DNA of 64,000 bases from an uncultured Candidatus Saccharibacteria bacterium (GCA_964390845.1 CAYMIL010000001.1:178448-242447); one strand, 5' to 3'. Positions 22,901 to 33,178 are shown, numbered from the stretch's first letter. A program made the numbers and translations. The notes: generated by a model from the letters alone, not told the origin.

Positions 22901-23120
22901 TGTAGAAGAAGTAAAAGAAATAGCTACAAAAAAAGGTGACATGATGCTATTTTTGAAAATAGCTGATCTCACAAACAGTATTGAATGCGTTGTATTCCCT
23001 CGTGTGTATCAAGAATTTAAAACGCTATTCACCCCAGACTCATGTATTGCGATTAAAGGAAAGATGTCGATGCGCAACGGCATACCAAGTATCATCGCGG
23101 AAAAAGCTAAAGCGTTGTAA
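19914..23120 (+). CDS. dnaE: DNA polymerase III alpha subunit
   Basis: 1068 aa with an N-terminal PHP domain (HLHTHSHYSLL), a polymerase core and a C-terminal OB fold. Confidence 0.96.
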   Translation: MNRFVHLHTHSHYSLLNALPKISDLIDAAKKYEMPALALTDSGNLYGAIEFYKDCKKAGIKPIIGLDAYLAVRTRHDKQSGIDNSRFRLVLLAKNEVGYKNLIQLVTAGYLEGFYYKPRIDKELLKQYAEGLVCIAPSFSSDIALAIKAHDTQKARELIEWYTRIFGTDNFFIEISHHPEVPGHEDTMKSLVALARETQTNIVAAHDVYYIHTKDRLARETLMSIQTSGDRERISMEDIEEDFSFISPKEAEKYFKHIPDALDNTLRIADMCSLELELGKWVFPNYIVESGRSYDDEFRHVVYEGLARRGIEQTPEVTERIEYELKVIKDKGYAPYFLVVADLLKYAHKNKILTTIRGSVAGSLVTYLAHITNVNPLVYKLPFERFLNPERPSAPDIDMDYADNRRDEMIEYAKRKYGADRVAQIGTFGTMAARGSVRDVTRALGHPYGLGDRIAKLIPMGAQGFPMTIDRALAEVPDLKKMYREEKEVREIIDMAKKIEGAARHISVHAAGVVIAPRPLTDFVPLQYDTKGEQKIITQYDMHSVEDAGLLKFDFLGIKNLSILADAVSLVKKILDIDIDIENIPVDDTKTFEMLARGETIGLFQLNGTGMTRFLKELKPTRIFDINAMVALYRPGPLESIPQYIERKHNPSLVTYLDPRLKDILEQSYGVITYQDDVMLIAIKLAGYSWLEADKLRKAMGKKIPEEMEAQKGKLLEGFVKNGLSQEKADTLWKLIEPFAAYGFNKAHAASYGKVAYQTAYMKANFPAIYMSAVLTADSGDVEKIAEIIAECKRMNIPVLSPDINESWGGFSVISNEGGVGKGITEGGDKIRFGLYTIKNFGEGIADSIIAERKAHGKFTSLADFLNRIKDKNLNKKSLESLIKAGAMDAFGERGQMLANLEHLLAFNKEQSKHGDGQDSLFGLMSDTSTIPTLKLEPAPEATMAERLQWEKELLGLYLSGHPLDKFRDKLETKQFNIKKIREEATEGMTIVVGGIVEEVKEIATKKGDMMLFLKIADLTNSIECVVFPRVYQEFKTLFTPDSCIAIKGKMSMRNGIPSIIAEKAKAL

Positions 23121-23130
23121 AAACAAAAGT

Positions 23131-23170
23131 AAAAAAGAGAAGCCCCGCGCGACGGCTGTCGCGCGGGGCT
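23131..23170 (-). terminator. Intrinsic terminator of cassette C; also sits 3' of dnaE
   Basis: GCCCCGCGCGACggctGTCGCGCGGGGC, with a T-run on the minus strand. Confidence 0.8.
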
Positions 23171-23178
23171 AGGAAACC

Positions 23179-23925
23179 TTACCTGAAGTACTTGTGCCAA
23201 GGCTCATCAGGGACCAGTCCCATTTCAATAAGAGTATGACAGCTCCGGTGAAAGTGAGTGCCGTCTCTGATGGAGTACAAATGAATCCACCCCTTCTTGT
23301 TCGAGTCCTTCTCCTCTATGACCTCCTGTTGAATCCTTTTGAGCTGCTGGGCACGTATGCGCAGGAAGACAGACGCCGCCACACGGAGCTCTTCGGCGTT
23401 CACGCCCTGAAGAACAGCTGACAAGTCGCGACCCGGAATCATCTCAATCGAACAGAACTCTCGGAAGAGCCTGTCGAAGAGGCTGCGCGCCCAAGACTTC
23501 TTTGCGATGATGGCCTCAAGCTCCGTTATTCTCGCTCGCGCACGAATGATGCGACGAGGAAAATAGATGAAGACCGCAGAAACCAAGACCACCAAGGAGA
23601 CCAGTGCTATCACCCCGCAGAACTGATTGATGCGCGTAGAACCAAACCCAAGGAAGTAGCAGAATCCGCACGTGGTAAAGACCACGACGCTGGTAGCGAA
23701 CACGCAGAAGGAGTACCACATGTACAGATGGATACCCGCCATGCGCATGCTCTTCTCCAGCTCCAGATCCGACCACGCGGACTTCCGGAGAGTTTCAACC
23801 TCGATGCCGTGTTTCTTGGCATACAAACCAAGGAGGGGCGAACCCTCAATGACCGAGTTTTCAATCTGAATGTGCATGGAACCATTCCTTTCAGAGAACT
23901 CAATGGGGATTTCGGGTCCCGTCAC
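23179..23925 (-). CDS. GC-rich cassette C: hypothetical membrane protein (soluble N-domain, 2 TM helices, C-terminal cytoplasmic domain), GTG start
   Basis: 248 aa in a high-GC segment. TTGACA-N17-TATTGT promoter in the upstream spacer. Hydrophobic stretches YMWYSFCVFATSVVVF and FCGVIALVSLVVLVSAVFIYF. Confidence 0.55.
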   Translation of the reverse strand: MTGPEIPIEFSERNGSMHIQIENSVIEGSPLLGLYAKKHGIEVETLRKSAWSDLELEKSMRMAGIHLYMWYSFCVFATSVVVFTTCGFCYFLGFGSTRINQFCGVIALVSLVVLVSAVFIYFPRRIIRARARITELEAIIAKKSWARSLFDRLFREFCSIEMIPGRDLSAVLQGVNAEELRVAASVFLRIRAQQLKRIQQEVIEEKDSNKKGWIHLYSIRDGTHFHRSCHTLIEMGLVPDEPWHKYFR

Positions 23926-24020
23926 ACCATCCTGTTTCGACAGGAGGCCGACACTTCATTGATTCCATGCAAACAATATCACTAAAATACTGGTATGTCA
24001 ACTATCACGCACAACCTCTT

Positions 24021-24929
24021 TTATCGCCCCTTCACAAAACCACCCAACTGATTTACAAGTTCCCCCACCTGAGAAACAACACCTTCAAGAGAGCTCGCCT
24101 TTGCTGGCGTCTGCGGTGTCGCCGGAGTTACTGGCTTTGCCGGAGCTGGAATAGGCAAACCTGGTGGTATAAATTCTGGAGGTATTGTTGTTGGTGGAGT
24201 AAGCCACGGAAGGAAAGGTGCTATTGGAGTAATCGTTATTGGCTGTACCGCAGGCTCTTGCCCCTCTGGGACCTTGCACTGCTTCAGAGTAAAACCCGGT
24301 GTCGGTGTTGGAGTATATTCATAACACAGATCGACTGGCCCCTCAGCAACACCTGTACACCTGAGCTGGATTTTCCCAGGATACTGCGATGGGTGCACAA
24401 TGGTGCACTTTATTTCATTAAACGGTATATCGATTACAACATAGCACGCTGGCGCTGGGTCACCCGCCGGACAAATGAGTCTCAGAGTCACACACTGTAT
24501 ACCAAAAAATCCTGTATTTTTACAAACCTCCAATCTAAACTTCTCTCCACTTCCTGGTGGCACCTTTCTTACGCACACCGGGTCAAAACCTGGAATCTCC
24601 AAATACGTTCCCCCATTTTGCACACACCAATCTCTGAGTTTCTTATCTTTCGGAGGGGTTGGTGCGGGAGTTTGTGGTGTTGCTGGGCTTTGCGTGCCAT
24701 CAGAAGAAATCTGCTGTGGCAGTGCAGACGCAACAAGTGCCAAAAACGTATTTGATTTCATAAACGAAACCACCTGAGATACGAGATTGGATGTCATCTG
24801 TAATATTTTTTCTTCGTTTTGAGCAGATGATGCACCAACCTCTGCGCGTGCCACCATAGGGAAAACTATAGACACGAGCAACAAGAGACTTACACTCACA
24901 TGTATTGATTTTTTGCTATATCGTTTCAT
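24021..24929 (-). CDS. Secreted Pro/Thr- and Cys-rich hypothetical protein
   Basis: Signal peptide (MKRYSKKSIHVSVSLLLLVSIVFPMVARA). Contains multiple Cys pairs and P/T-rich linkers. Confidence 0.65.
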   Translation of the reverse strand: MKRYSKKSIHVSVSLLLLVSIVFPMVARAEVGASSAQNEEKILQMTSNLVSQVVSFMKSNTFLALVASALPQQISSDGTQSPATPQTPAPTPPKDKKLRDWCVQNGGTYLEIPGFDPVCVRKVPPGSGEKFRLEVCKNTGFFGIQCVTLRLICPAGDPAPACYVVIDIPFNEIKCTIVHPSQYPGKIQLRCTGVAEGPVDLCYEYTPTPTPGFTLKQCKVPEGQEPAVQPITITPIAPFLPWLTPPTTIPPEFIPPGLPIPAPAKPVTPATPQTPAKASSLEGVVSQVGELVNQLGGFVKGR

Positions 24930-24990
24930 GCCATTATTTTACCACAGATAGATATGGAAATAATGGCCCCAAACTGCTATTATCAGACGC

Positions 24991-26730
24991 ATGAACATAG
25001 AACATATACGACATTCCCTTGCCCACGTACTCGCTCGCGCGGTACGCACCCATTTCCCTGACGCTCGTCCAACCCTTGGCCCCGCTGTCGATAATGGCTT
25101 CTATTATGATTTTGAGTGCCCAACGCCGATTTCTGAAAAAGACCTCCCTCGACTTGAGAAGGAGATGCGTAAAATTCTCAAGAGCTGGAAAAGTTTTGAA
25201 GGCACTGAAGTATCTGCCGACGAAGCTCGTAAGATGTTTGCAGACAATCCATACAAACTTGAGCTTATTGATGAAATCATAAACAAGGGAGAAGCAATCA
25301 CTCTCTATACTTCGGGAGATTTTACGGATTTGTGTCGTGGTGGTCATGTAGAAAACCCATCTCAAGATATCGACCCCGACGCATTTACACTCGACCGCAT
25401 CGCGGGCGCATATTGGCGTGGCGATGAAAACAACGCGATGCTTACTCGCATCTACGGACTTGCGTTTGGCACAAAAGAAGAACTCGACGCATACGTAACC
25501 CAGCGCGAAGAAGCAAAAAAGCGCGATCACAAAAAAATCGGAAAAGAAATGGGGCTCTTTACCTTTTCAGAACTTGTTGGCGCAGGCCTTCCTTTGTGGA
25601 CACCAAAAGGCACAATCATGCGTGAACTTCTCAATGATTTTGTGTGGGAACTTCGTCGTGCAAAAGGTTACCAAAAAGTGGCGATTCCACATATCACAAA
25701 AAAGGCACTCTACGAAACATCTGGACACTGGAGCAAATATGCTGACGAACTCTTCAAAATAGAAACCCGAGAAAAACATTTGTATGCGATGAAGCCGATG
25801 AACTGCCCTCATCACACACAGATTTTTGATAGCGCCCCAAAAAGCTACCGAGACATGCCCCAGCGATACTGCGAGACAACCATGGTATACCGCGATGAGC
25901 AGTCTGGTGAGCTTTCTGGCCTTTCACGCGTACTCTCTATCACTCAAGATGACGCCCATGTCTTCTGTCGCGTCAATCAAGTAGAAGAAGAAATCTTCAG
26001 CGTCTGGGATATTATCGACCAATTCTACGGCGCGTTTGGTTTCAAGGACGTCCGTGTCCGCATCTCAAAACACGACCCAGCACATCCTGAAAAATATCTT
26101 GGTACACCCGATATATGGGCAACAGCGGAAGAACAGCTCACACGCCTCGTAGAAAAGCGCGGTGTCAAAAACTGGATAGATGGCGTTGGTGAAGCCGCTA
26201 TTTACGGACCGAAAATTGATTTTATCGCAAAGGATTCTATTGGCCGATCGCTACAGGTAGCAACAATTCAGCTCGACTACAACATGCCGAGAAACTTTGC
26301 TTTGGAGTGCACCAATGAAAAAGGAGAAAAAGAACCGGTGGTCATGATTCATTGCGCGATCATGGGTTCTATCGAGCGATTCATGTCCACCCTCATCGAG
26401 CATTACGCCGGCAATTTCCCCCTATGGCTTCACCCAACTCAGGTAAAGGTTATTCCTATCGGTGAGACTCATATTGCACATGCGCGAGAGATACACGACG
26501 CACTCGTTTCAACCGGTGTCCGCGCAGAGCTCGCAGACGACAGTGAGAATTTCGGTAAGAAAATCCGCTCAGGAAAGGTGGACAAGATACCTTACATGAT
26601 TATCGTCGGCGATAAAGAAGTTGAATCACACACATTCACACTCGAAAGCAGAGACTCTGGCAACCTTGGAGCAATGAGCGCACCAGACATACTCGCGCGT
26701 ATTACCCACGAAATCTCCGAAAAGAAATAA
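24991..26730 (+). CDS. thrS: Threonyl-tRNA synthetase lacking the N-terminal TGS domain but retaining the editing domain
   Basis: 579 aa. HxxxH editing motif near the N-terminus; class II core; C-terminal anticodon-binding domain. Confidence 0.92.
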   Translation: MNIEHIRHSLAHVLARAVRTHFPDARPTLGPAVDNGFYYDFECPTPISEKDLPRLEKEMRKILKSWKSFEGTEVSADEARKMFADNPYKLELIDEIINKGEAITLYTSGDFTDLCRGGHVENPSQDIDPDAFTLDRIAGAYWRGDENNAMLTRIYGLAFGTKEELDAYVTQREEAKKRDHKKIGKEMGLFTFSELVGAGLPLWTPKGTIMRELLNDFVWELRRAKGYQKVAIPHITKKALYETSGHWSKYADELFKIETREKHLYAMKPMNCPHHTQIFDSAPKSYRDMPQRYCETTMVYRDEQSGELSGLSRVLSITQDDAHVFCRVNQVEEEIFSVWDIIDQFYGAFGFKDVRVRISKHDPAHPEKYLGTPDIWATAEEQLTRLVEKRGVKNWIDGVGEAAIYGPKIDFIAKDSIGRSLQVATIQLDYNMPRNFALECTNEKGEKEPVVMIHCAIMGSIERFMSTLIEHYAGNFPLWLHPTQVKVIPIGETHIAHAREIHDALVSTGVRAELADDSENFGKKIRSGKVDKIPYMIIVGDKEVESHTFTLESRDSGNLGAMSAPDILARITHEISEKK

Positions 26731-26733
26731 GCG

Positions 26734-27483
26734 CTACACTCCAGCGAGTTTGATTGCAACAAACAAGACCGCCATACCAGCAACAGTCATTACTGTTGTC
26801 CAACGTGTTGGATGACTGTGATGGCTTTCTGGCAAGAGGTCGCTTGCGCCAATATACAAGAAGAAGCCAGCGAATATCGCAAGAACAAGGCCGAGTATAC
26901 CCTCCGGAACACTGAAGAAAAGCGTCGATAGTACGCCGAGAACAGGCGCAAGCGCATCAACAGCAAGCCATCGCATTGCTGTTTTTCGTTCACCCTTATT
27001 TTTTAGAATCATATTTACCGTATTGATACCATCAGAAAAATCATGTACGAGAACAGCGGCCGCCACGATAAAACCAACAGACGATGACACCTGAAATGCA
27101 AGACCAATTGCCATACCGTCGATAAAACTATGCACCGCGAGACTACCGGCACCAAGAATTCCTCGACGATGATGCGCGCACGCATGGCTCTCATCGTGCT
27201 CATGAACATCGTGATGCGTATGGCCGTGCATGATAATAAATCGATCAAGAATCATATACGCAACAAAACCAAGCGCAACAAGCGCCGTGATACTTGAGAT
27301 GTCCGTGACGTGCTCCGCAAGCTCAATTGCTTCTGGAATCAAATCAAAAAACGCAACGCCGATAACAGCACCCGCGCTGAAACCCAAAATGAGATGCAAC
27401 TTATCTTTAAAACGGAGTGCGAACAAACCACCAAACAATGTAAACAAAAACGCGGCACACACAATCAGAATATATGTAATCAT
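26734..27483 (-). CDS. zupT: ZIP-family zinc transporter
   Basis: 8-TM profile with a His-rich loop (HGHTHHDVHEHDESHACAHH). Confidence 0.85.
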   Translation of the reverse strand: MITYILIVCAAFLFTLFGGLFALRFKDKLHLILGFSAGAVIGVAFFDLIPEAIELAEHVTDISSITALVALGFVAYMILDRFIIMHGHTHHDVHEHDESHACAHHRRGILGAGSLAVHSFIDGMAIGLAFQVSSSVGFIVAAAVLVHDFSDGINTVNMILKNKGERKTAMRWLAVDALAPVLGVLSTLFFSVPEGILGLVLAIFAGFFLYIGASDLLPESHHSHPTRWTTVMTVAGMAVLFVAIKLAGV

Positions 27484-27495
27484 AAATATACAGGG

Positions 27496-27822
27496 TTATA
27501 CCACACAGCGGGCACATGTACCGTGCACGACAATATCGCGAATAACTGCGCGTGACGGGAGTCGAGATACTGTAGAGGTTTCGATTGATTCGATGCCGCC
27601 ACAGCCATCACAGACAAAATGACCGTGGTCATGATGTCCAACAAGTTCATACAACACAACATCCTTGCGTGGATATATCTTTCGCACAATACCTTCCGTG
27701 CACAACTGCTCAAGGTTACGGAAAATTGTCGAAAAATCTGCACGACGCACTTTTTTTCTTATGTCTGAAATAGACAGCAAGTGCGCCTGCGTCAACGCCT
27801 GAAGTATTGAATCTTTATACAT
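27496..27822 (-). CDS. zur: Fur-family metalloregulator, likely Zur
   Basis: HHDHGHFVCDGCG and C-terminal CARC metal sites. It sits immediately upstream of zupT on the same strand. Confidence 0.8.
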   Translation of the reverse strand: MYKDSILQALTQAHLLSISDIRKKVRRADFSTIFRNLEQLCTEGIVRKIYPRKDVVLYELVGHHDHGHFVCDGCGGIESIETSTVSRLPSRAVIRDIVVHGTCARCVV

Positions 27823-27853
27823 ACTTGTACGCATGCACGCACTATACATTAAA

Positions 27854-27868
27854 TGCAAACGACTTGCA
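27854..27868. promoter_or_regulatory. Palindrome TGCAA-N5-TTGCA in the zur / yibEF-like divergent intergenic region; candidate Fur-family operator
   Basis: Perfect 5-5-5 inverted repeat. A TATACT -10-like hexamer lies 7 nt before the yibEF ATG. Confidence 0.3.
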
Positions 27869-27905
27869 AATAGAAATATCACGCTGGTACTGCTATACTG
27901 TCCTC

Positions 27906-29069
27906 ATGAAGAAATATATCGCTCTCGCATGCGCGTGTGTTGTTGGTTTGTCTGTGTCCGCAACGCCCCTACATGCACAGGAACTTATTCAGGATACAGT
28001 TGCGATTGTAAAAGCGCGCGTGCTTTCTGTAGAGCACGAAGAACGTCGTACTGTCCCCGGCACTGATCTTGAAAGTACATTTCAAACGTTACACGTAGAG
28101 ATACGTGAGGGCGCACAGCAAGGTAAGACCATAACACTTGAAAACGACTATGTGCCACTACGCGCCGGAGAAACTTTTTTTCTCCGCACAACAGTGCACG
28201 GATTTGATGGAAGTGCTTCATATTCTGTCGCAGACCCCAATCGACTCCCTCCCCTCATCTTCTTTACCTGTCTATTTGTCCTCCTTGTCTTTGTATTCGG
28301 AGGCATCCAAGGTATCCGCGGACTCGCAAGTCTCGCTGGTAGCTTGGTCTTGATTTTATATGTACTGCTCCCAGGCATCCTCCAAGGACACTCACCAATT
28401 CTTGTGAGTCTCGGCGTATCGTCGCTCATTATTATTCTAGGCTCATATATCACTCACGGCTTCAACAAAACGACAACCTCCGCCGTTGTCGGCATGATTG
28501 GCACTGTTGTTATTACGGGAGCGCTTGCGTATTGGGCCGTACACTGGGCACGCCTCAGTGGTTTCAGCGACGAAGAAGCAATGTATCTCAACTTTGACAC
28601 GCGTGGCTCAATAGATTTCATCGGGCTACTTCTCGGTGGCATGCTTATCGGCTTGCTTGGCGTACTCTACGATGTAGCAATCGGGCAAGCAATTTCTGTT
28701 GAAGAGCTACATCATGTGGCGCCACACTTACCACGAAAAACAATCTTCACACGCGCTGTACGTATCGGACGTGAGCATATTGGCGCACTTGTAAACACAC
28801 TTGCGATTGCATATGTAGGTGTTTCACTTCCACTTCTTCTGCTCTATGTACACTCTTCAAACACATCCGTGTTTATCACAATGAATCGAGAAATATTTGC
28901 CACAGAAATTATTCGCACCATGGTCGGAAGTATCGGCCTTGTGGTAGCTGTTCCGATTACTACATATATCGCGGTGCTTATGCTTATGAAGAAGGCCGCG
29001 CCTGTAGATGACGCGACCATCAAAAAGGAAACGGAGGCACTAACGCACGCACACGTGCATCACCACTAA
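27906..29069 (+). CDS. YibE/F-family integral membrane protein
   Basis: Signal peptide, an extracellular N-domain and multiple TM helices. His-rich C-terminus (HAHVHHH). Confidence 0.6.
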   Translation: MKKYIALACACVVGLSVSATPLHAQELIQDTVAIVKARVLSVEHEERRTVPGTDLESTFQTLHVEIREGAQQGKTITLENDYVPLRAGETFFLRTTVHGFDGSASYSVADPNRLPPLIFFTCLFVLLVFVFGGIQGIRGLASLAGSLVLILYVLLPGILQGHSPILVSLGVSSLIIILGSYITHGFNKTTTSAVVGMIGTVVITGALAYWAVHWARLSGFSDEEAMYLNFDTRGSIDFIGLLLGGMLIGLLGVLYDVAIGQAISVEELHHVAPHLPRKTIFTRAVRIGREHIGALVNTLAIAYVGVSLPLLLLYVHSSNTSVFITMNREIFATEIIRTMVGSIGLVVAVPITTYIAVLMLMKKAAPVDDATIKKETEALTHAHVHHH

Positions 29070-29070
29070 C

Positions 29071-31749
29071 CTACGCCCGTGCGTCTACTGGCGCAATAAC
29101 ATTCTCCGCAATCAGACTCCCCCTTCTTCCCTTCTTCACATCAAACGTAAACTCACCATTCTTCATTCCCACAGATACCGCACCACCCTTCATGAGACCC
29201 TTTGAGATAATAAGTGACGCAACCGGTGTAAGAATCTTGTTTTGAATAATGCGCTTGAGTGGGCGCGCGCCATAATGAGGGTTGTATCCTTCTTTTGCTA
29301 GATACGAGAGCACGTCAGCAGACACGTCGAGCTTAATCTCTTTTGCAAGCAAGCGCTCAATCACTATATCTACTTGGATTTTCACAATCTGCTCAATAGA
29401 CTGCGGAGAAAGTACGTCGAAGACAACGATATCATCAAGGCGATTGAGAAATTCTGGTCGGAAGTACTCCTTGAGACTATCCATGAGCTTAGACTTTACT
29501 GTTTCGTACTGCTCTTTTTCTCCACCAGCAGAAAATCCGAGTTTCTGCATGCGGTCGATGTGTTGTGCGCCAATATTTGATGTCAGGATAATGACTGTGT
29601 TTTTGAAATTCACCGTTCTACCTTTTGCATCCGTGAGACGACCGTTGTCGAGCACCTGAAGAAGTATGTTAAACACTTCTGGATGCGCTTTCTCAATTTC
29701 GTCAAAGAGAATAACTGAGTATGGTCGGTGACGCACAGTCTCGGTCAGGCTTCCACCTTCATCATGACCCACATATCCCGGCGGCGCACCGATGAGCTTT
29801 GAAACTGAATGTTTCTCCATAAATTCAGACATATCGACACGAATAAGTGCCTTGTCATCGTTGAACATAAACTCCGCGAGAGCTTTTGTAAGCTCGGTTT
29901 TTCCAACACCGGTAGGACCAAGAAAGATAAACGAGCCAATTGGTCTGTTTGGATCGGCAATGCCCGCGCGGGAACGCTTGATTGTGTCTGAAATTTTCTG
30001 AACAGCTTCATCCTGGCCAACAATGCGCTTCTTGAGAACATCCTCCATGCGTGAAAGTTTTTCTGCTTCAGCCTCAAGCATGCGAGACACCGGGATACCT
30101 GTCCATCGTGCTACAACTTCTGCAATATCAGACTCTTTAATTTCTTCACGAATAATACTTCGAGAGCTCTGGAGTTTCTTAAGACGCTTTGTCTTTGTAT
30201 CAAGCTCTTTTTCAAGTGCTGGAATCTTTCCGTATCGGATTTCGGCCGCGCGAGCTAAGTCGATGCGTGTTTCAGCGGCTTCTGCCTCAAGGCGAAGTTT
30301 TTCGAGATCTTTCTTAATTGTCTTTATATCCGCAACAGTTTCTTTTTCGTTTTTCCACTTAAGCTCAATTTCGGATGTCTGCTCTTTGAGGTCTGCGATT
30401 TCCTTTTCGATTTCTTTTACGCGCGCCTTCGTCTTTGGAGTTTTTTCCTTAGAAAGAGCCTGCTTTTCTATTTCAAGGCGCATCAAACGAGCGTGCGCCT
30501 CCTCGAGCACTGGCGGCATATTTTCAAGAGAGATTTTGAGCTGAGATGCAGACTCGTCGATAAGGTCGACAGCTTTGTCCGGCAAAAATCTGTCAGAAAT
30601 ATATCTACTACTGAGATTTACCGCCGCAACAATTGCATCATCGGTAATGCGTACACCGTGGTACAACTCATACTTTTCTTTAAGTCCACGTAATATTGTA
30701 ATTGCATCTTCAATGCCCGGCTCATTGATATACACCGGCTGAAAGCGTCGGGTCAGCGCTGGATCTTTTTCAATATGTTTCTGATACTCCTTGAGCGTTG
30801 TCGCACCAATAGCTCGCAACTCGCCACGAGCAAGAGGTGGCTTGAGCATATTTGAAGCATCGATAGAACCCTCCGCCGCACCTGCACCGACAATAGTATG
30901 TATCTCATCGATAAATAAGATAATTTTCCCATCGGAACGCTCGATTTCCTTCAGGATATTTTTGAGACGCTCTTCAAACTCACCACGATACTTCGTACCA
31001 GCAATAAGTAGACCGAGGTCAAGCGACACAAGCTCTTTGTCTTTGAGAGATTCGGGCACATTACCTGTTGCCATACGAATAGCAAGACCTTCAGCAATCG
31101 CGGTCTTTCCTACACCAGCCTCACCGATAAGAATCGGGTTATTTTTCTTTCGTCGAGACAAAATCTGGATGATGCGAGAAATTTCATTGTCGCGACCAAT
31201 AACAGGGTCAAGCTTATTTTCCTGCGCAAGCTTTGTGAGACTGCGTGTATATTTTGCAATCGACTTAAACTTCTTTGGTTGCTGGACATCAGTCACCTTC
31301 GAATGCTTCAGCTCTTCGAGAAGTTTGAGGACGTGATTTTTATCAATCTTGAATCGCGACAAAATCTCGCGCGCTGTTCCTGGCACATCGGTAATCGCGA
31401 CAAACAAATGTTCTGTTGATACAAACTCGTCATTGAGGCTCGATGCAATCTTTACACCATTTTCGATGGTGTGAGCGAGCTCGGGTGTAAGGTAAATCTG
31501 ATACGATGGCGCAAGGGTTGAGGTTGTCTCCGGAGACTCAATCGCCTCAAGAATAGAGTCTGTAAGCAAAATAGTGTCTACCTCCAAGCGATCAAGAATA
31601 GACGACACCATACTCTCCTCTTGCATGATAAGCGATGCGAGCAAATGGAGCGGATTGACATGGTTTTGTCCCCGCTCAATAGCAAGCTCGTGAGCCTTTC
31701 GTATTGCTTCTTTTGCCTTTGTGGTGAAGTGGTTAAATGATGGGGGCAT
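29071..31749 (-). CDS. clpB: Chaperone ClpB (two AAA+ modules plus M-domain coiled coil)
   Basis: 892 aa with the Clp N-domain, Walker A/B repeated twice and a coiled-coil insertion. Confidence 0.95.
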   Translation of the reverse strand: MPPSFNHFTTKAKEAIRKAHELAIERGQNHVNPLHLLASLIMQEESMVSSILDRLEVDTILLTDSILEAIESPETTSTLAPSYQIYLTPELAHTIENGVKIASSLNDEFVSTEHLFVAITDVPGTAREILSRFKIDKNHVLKLLEELKHSKVTDVQQPKKFKSIAKYTRSLTKLAQENKLDPVIGRDNEISRIIQILSRRKKNNPILIGEAGVGKTAIAEGLAIRMATGNVPESLKDKELVSLDLGLLIAGTKYRGEFEERLKNILKEIERSDGKIILFIDEIHTIVGAGAAEGSIDASNMLKPPLARGELRAIGATTLKEYQKHIEKDPALTRRFQPVYINEPGIEDAITILRGLKEKYELYHGVRITDDAIVAAVNLSSRYISDRFLPDKAVDLIDESASQLKISLENMPPVLEEAHARLMRLEIEKQALSKEKTPKTKARVKEIEKEIADLKEQTSEIELKWKNEKETVADIKTIKKDLEKLRLEAEAAETRIDLARAAEIRYGKIPALEKELDTKTKRLKKLQSSRSIIREEIKESDIAEVVARWTGIPVSRMLEAEAEKLSRMEDVLKKRIVGQDEAVQKISDTIKRSRAGIADPNRPIGSFIFLGPTGVGKTELTKALAEFMFNDDKALIRVDMSEFMEKHSVSKLIGAPPGYVGHDEGGSLTETVRHRPYSVILFDEIEKAHPEVFNILLQVLDNGRLTDAKGRTVNFKNTVIILTSNIGAQHIDRMQKLGFSAGGEKEQYETVKSKLMDSLKEYFRPEFLNRLDDIVVFDVLSPQSIEQIVKIQVDIVIERLLAKEIKLDVSADVLSYLAKEGYNPHYGARPLKRIIQNKILTPVASLIISKGLMKGGAVSVGMKNGEFTFDVKKGRRGSLIAENVIAPVDARA

Positions 31750-31826
31750 ATATCTTATAGACGTTATAGCACAGCGGTATAATACAACACATCTAATACC
31801 ACTGTCTACATGTGTAAAAAAACGAC

Positions 31827-32636
31827 CTACTCAGCACTATCCTTTGCAGAAAGGGCTGATACAACAACACTCATTGGCGCAAACGTACTTCCCTGACCAA
31901 ACACATCATCCATCGTATCAAAACCCACAATCTGTCCTGACAAACTCACAAGTGGAGCGCCTGGAGTTGGGTCTTTCGATGGAATATCTGTCTCTATTAC
32001 CGTAAGAGATCCCGACGACCCTTGTATAGATACATCTCGACGCAATGCAGTCACTCGCCCCACCGCAACAGTGTCACGTTCCGCGCCAGTGATAGCAATG
32101 ACCGTCTGCCCGAGTTGAAGCGTATCAGAATTTCCAAACACCGCAGGGACAAGAGTCTTCTTTTCTTCATCGGGTATACCATCTTTTAGACGAAACAGTA
32201 CGAGTCCTGAGCGCACTCCCGCAAAAGCAACTGGGTAATCCTTGCCATTTGAAAGAAGGGCGCTGTATTCGACATTTCTACTATAACTTTTCATTCCCGT
32301 AACAATGAGCCCGTCTGCACCTACTACAAGGCCGAGGCTCGCCACCGCCGCACCCGCATGGATACGAGCGACACTCTTTGAATTTTTACTAATCGCGTCG
32401 ACCACAAGGTCTTCTTCCTTCACGACAACTGTCGTTTCTTTTGTAATTGTTTGTGTGTTATCTGATGACGGAGTCACCTTTTCTATAGTCCGCTCAACAA
32501 CGCGATTAATCGTCTGCGAAACAACCTGTGGCGCCTCATTAAGCAACGAAAATGTGATGATTCCTGTCCCAATAGATGTAACGAAGCTGACGAGCAAACA
32601 CAGAAGAACGATTTGTGTTTTTGTGAGATCCTCCAT
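31827..32636 (-). CDS. Membrane-anchored trypsin-like (HtrA/S1C-like) domain protein with the catalytic triad apparently lost
   Basis: S1C-like blocks are present, but the GNSGG motif reads PTPGAPL, the His block reads TGMKSY and the Asp block is replaced. There is an N-terminal TM helix. Confidence 0.6.
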   Translation of the reverse strand: MEDLTKTQIVLLCLLVSFVTSIGTGIITFSLLNEAPQVVSQTINRVVERTIEKVTPSSDNTQTITKETTVVVKEEDLVVDAISKNSKSVARIHAGAAVASLGLVVGADGLIVTGMKSYSRNVEYSALLSNGKDYPVAFAGVRSGLVLFRLKDGIPDEEKKTLVPAVFGNSDTLQLGQTVIAITGAERDTVAVGRVTALRRDVSIQGSSGSLTVIETDIPSKDPTPGAPLVSLSGQIVGFDTMDDVFGQGSTFAPMSVVVSALSAKDSAE

Positions 32637-32692
32637 TGCCCTTCATCATAGAAAAAAGGAGCCACTTTTGCAAACAATACTTTTTTTATATA

Positions 32693-33178
32693 ATGAAACC
32701 CATGTTTCTTTCTCCGCAAAACATCGCAATCTACGTAGCAGGCGCTCTTATCATCGTGCTTATCATTATTATTATTCGACTCGAGAAACGCCTCAACAAC
32801 ATACTTGGCGGAACACACGCAACATCGATCGAAGAAGGGATGAAGGTGCTACGCGAAGAACTCAAGGCAATGCAAACCTTTTCCGAACGTGCGAGCGCCC
32901 ACTTCCAAAATATCGAGAAGCGCCTTCGCAATAGTATTCAGCACGTCGAGACTGTGCGCTTCAACCCATTCAAAGGAACTGGTGCTGGAGGCAACCAAAG
33001 TTTCTCTACCTCATTCACCAACGAACACGGTGACGGCGTTGTCATTTCAACCCTACACTCTCGCGAGCGAATCAGTGTCTTTTCCAAGCCCCTCAAGGGA
33101 TTTAGTTCAGAATTTGAGCTATCCGACGAAGAAAAAGAGGTTGTTGGCCGAGCAAAGCAAGACACTCGGCACAAGTAA
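32693..33178 (+). CDS. Hypothetical membrane protein (DUF4446-like?); start uncertain (alternative 32636)
   Basis: N-terminal TM helix (IAIYVAGALIIVLIIIIIRL), then RFNPFKGTGAGGNQSFS...VVIS. Confidence 0.5.
   Translation: MKPMFLSPQNIAIYVAGALIIVLIIIIIRLEKRLNNILGGTHATSIEEGMKVLREELKAMQTFSERASAHFQNIEKRLRNSIQHVETVRFNPFKGTGAGGNQSFSTSFTNEHGDGVVISTLHSRERISVFSKPLKGFSSEFELSDEEKEVVGRAKQDTRHK

Noticed and set aside
23967-24755. 262-aa plus-strand ORF overlapping the secreted Pro-rich protein gene
   Set aside because: Its W/R/C-rich composition is implausible. The minus-strand frame encodes a signal peptide and a coherent secreted protein.
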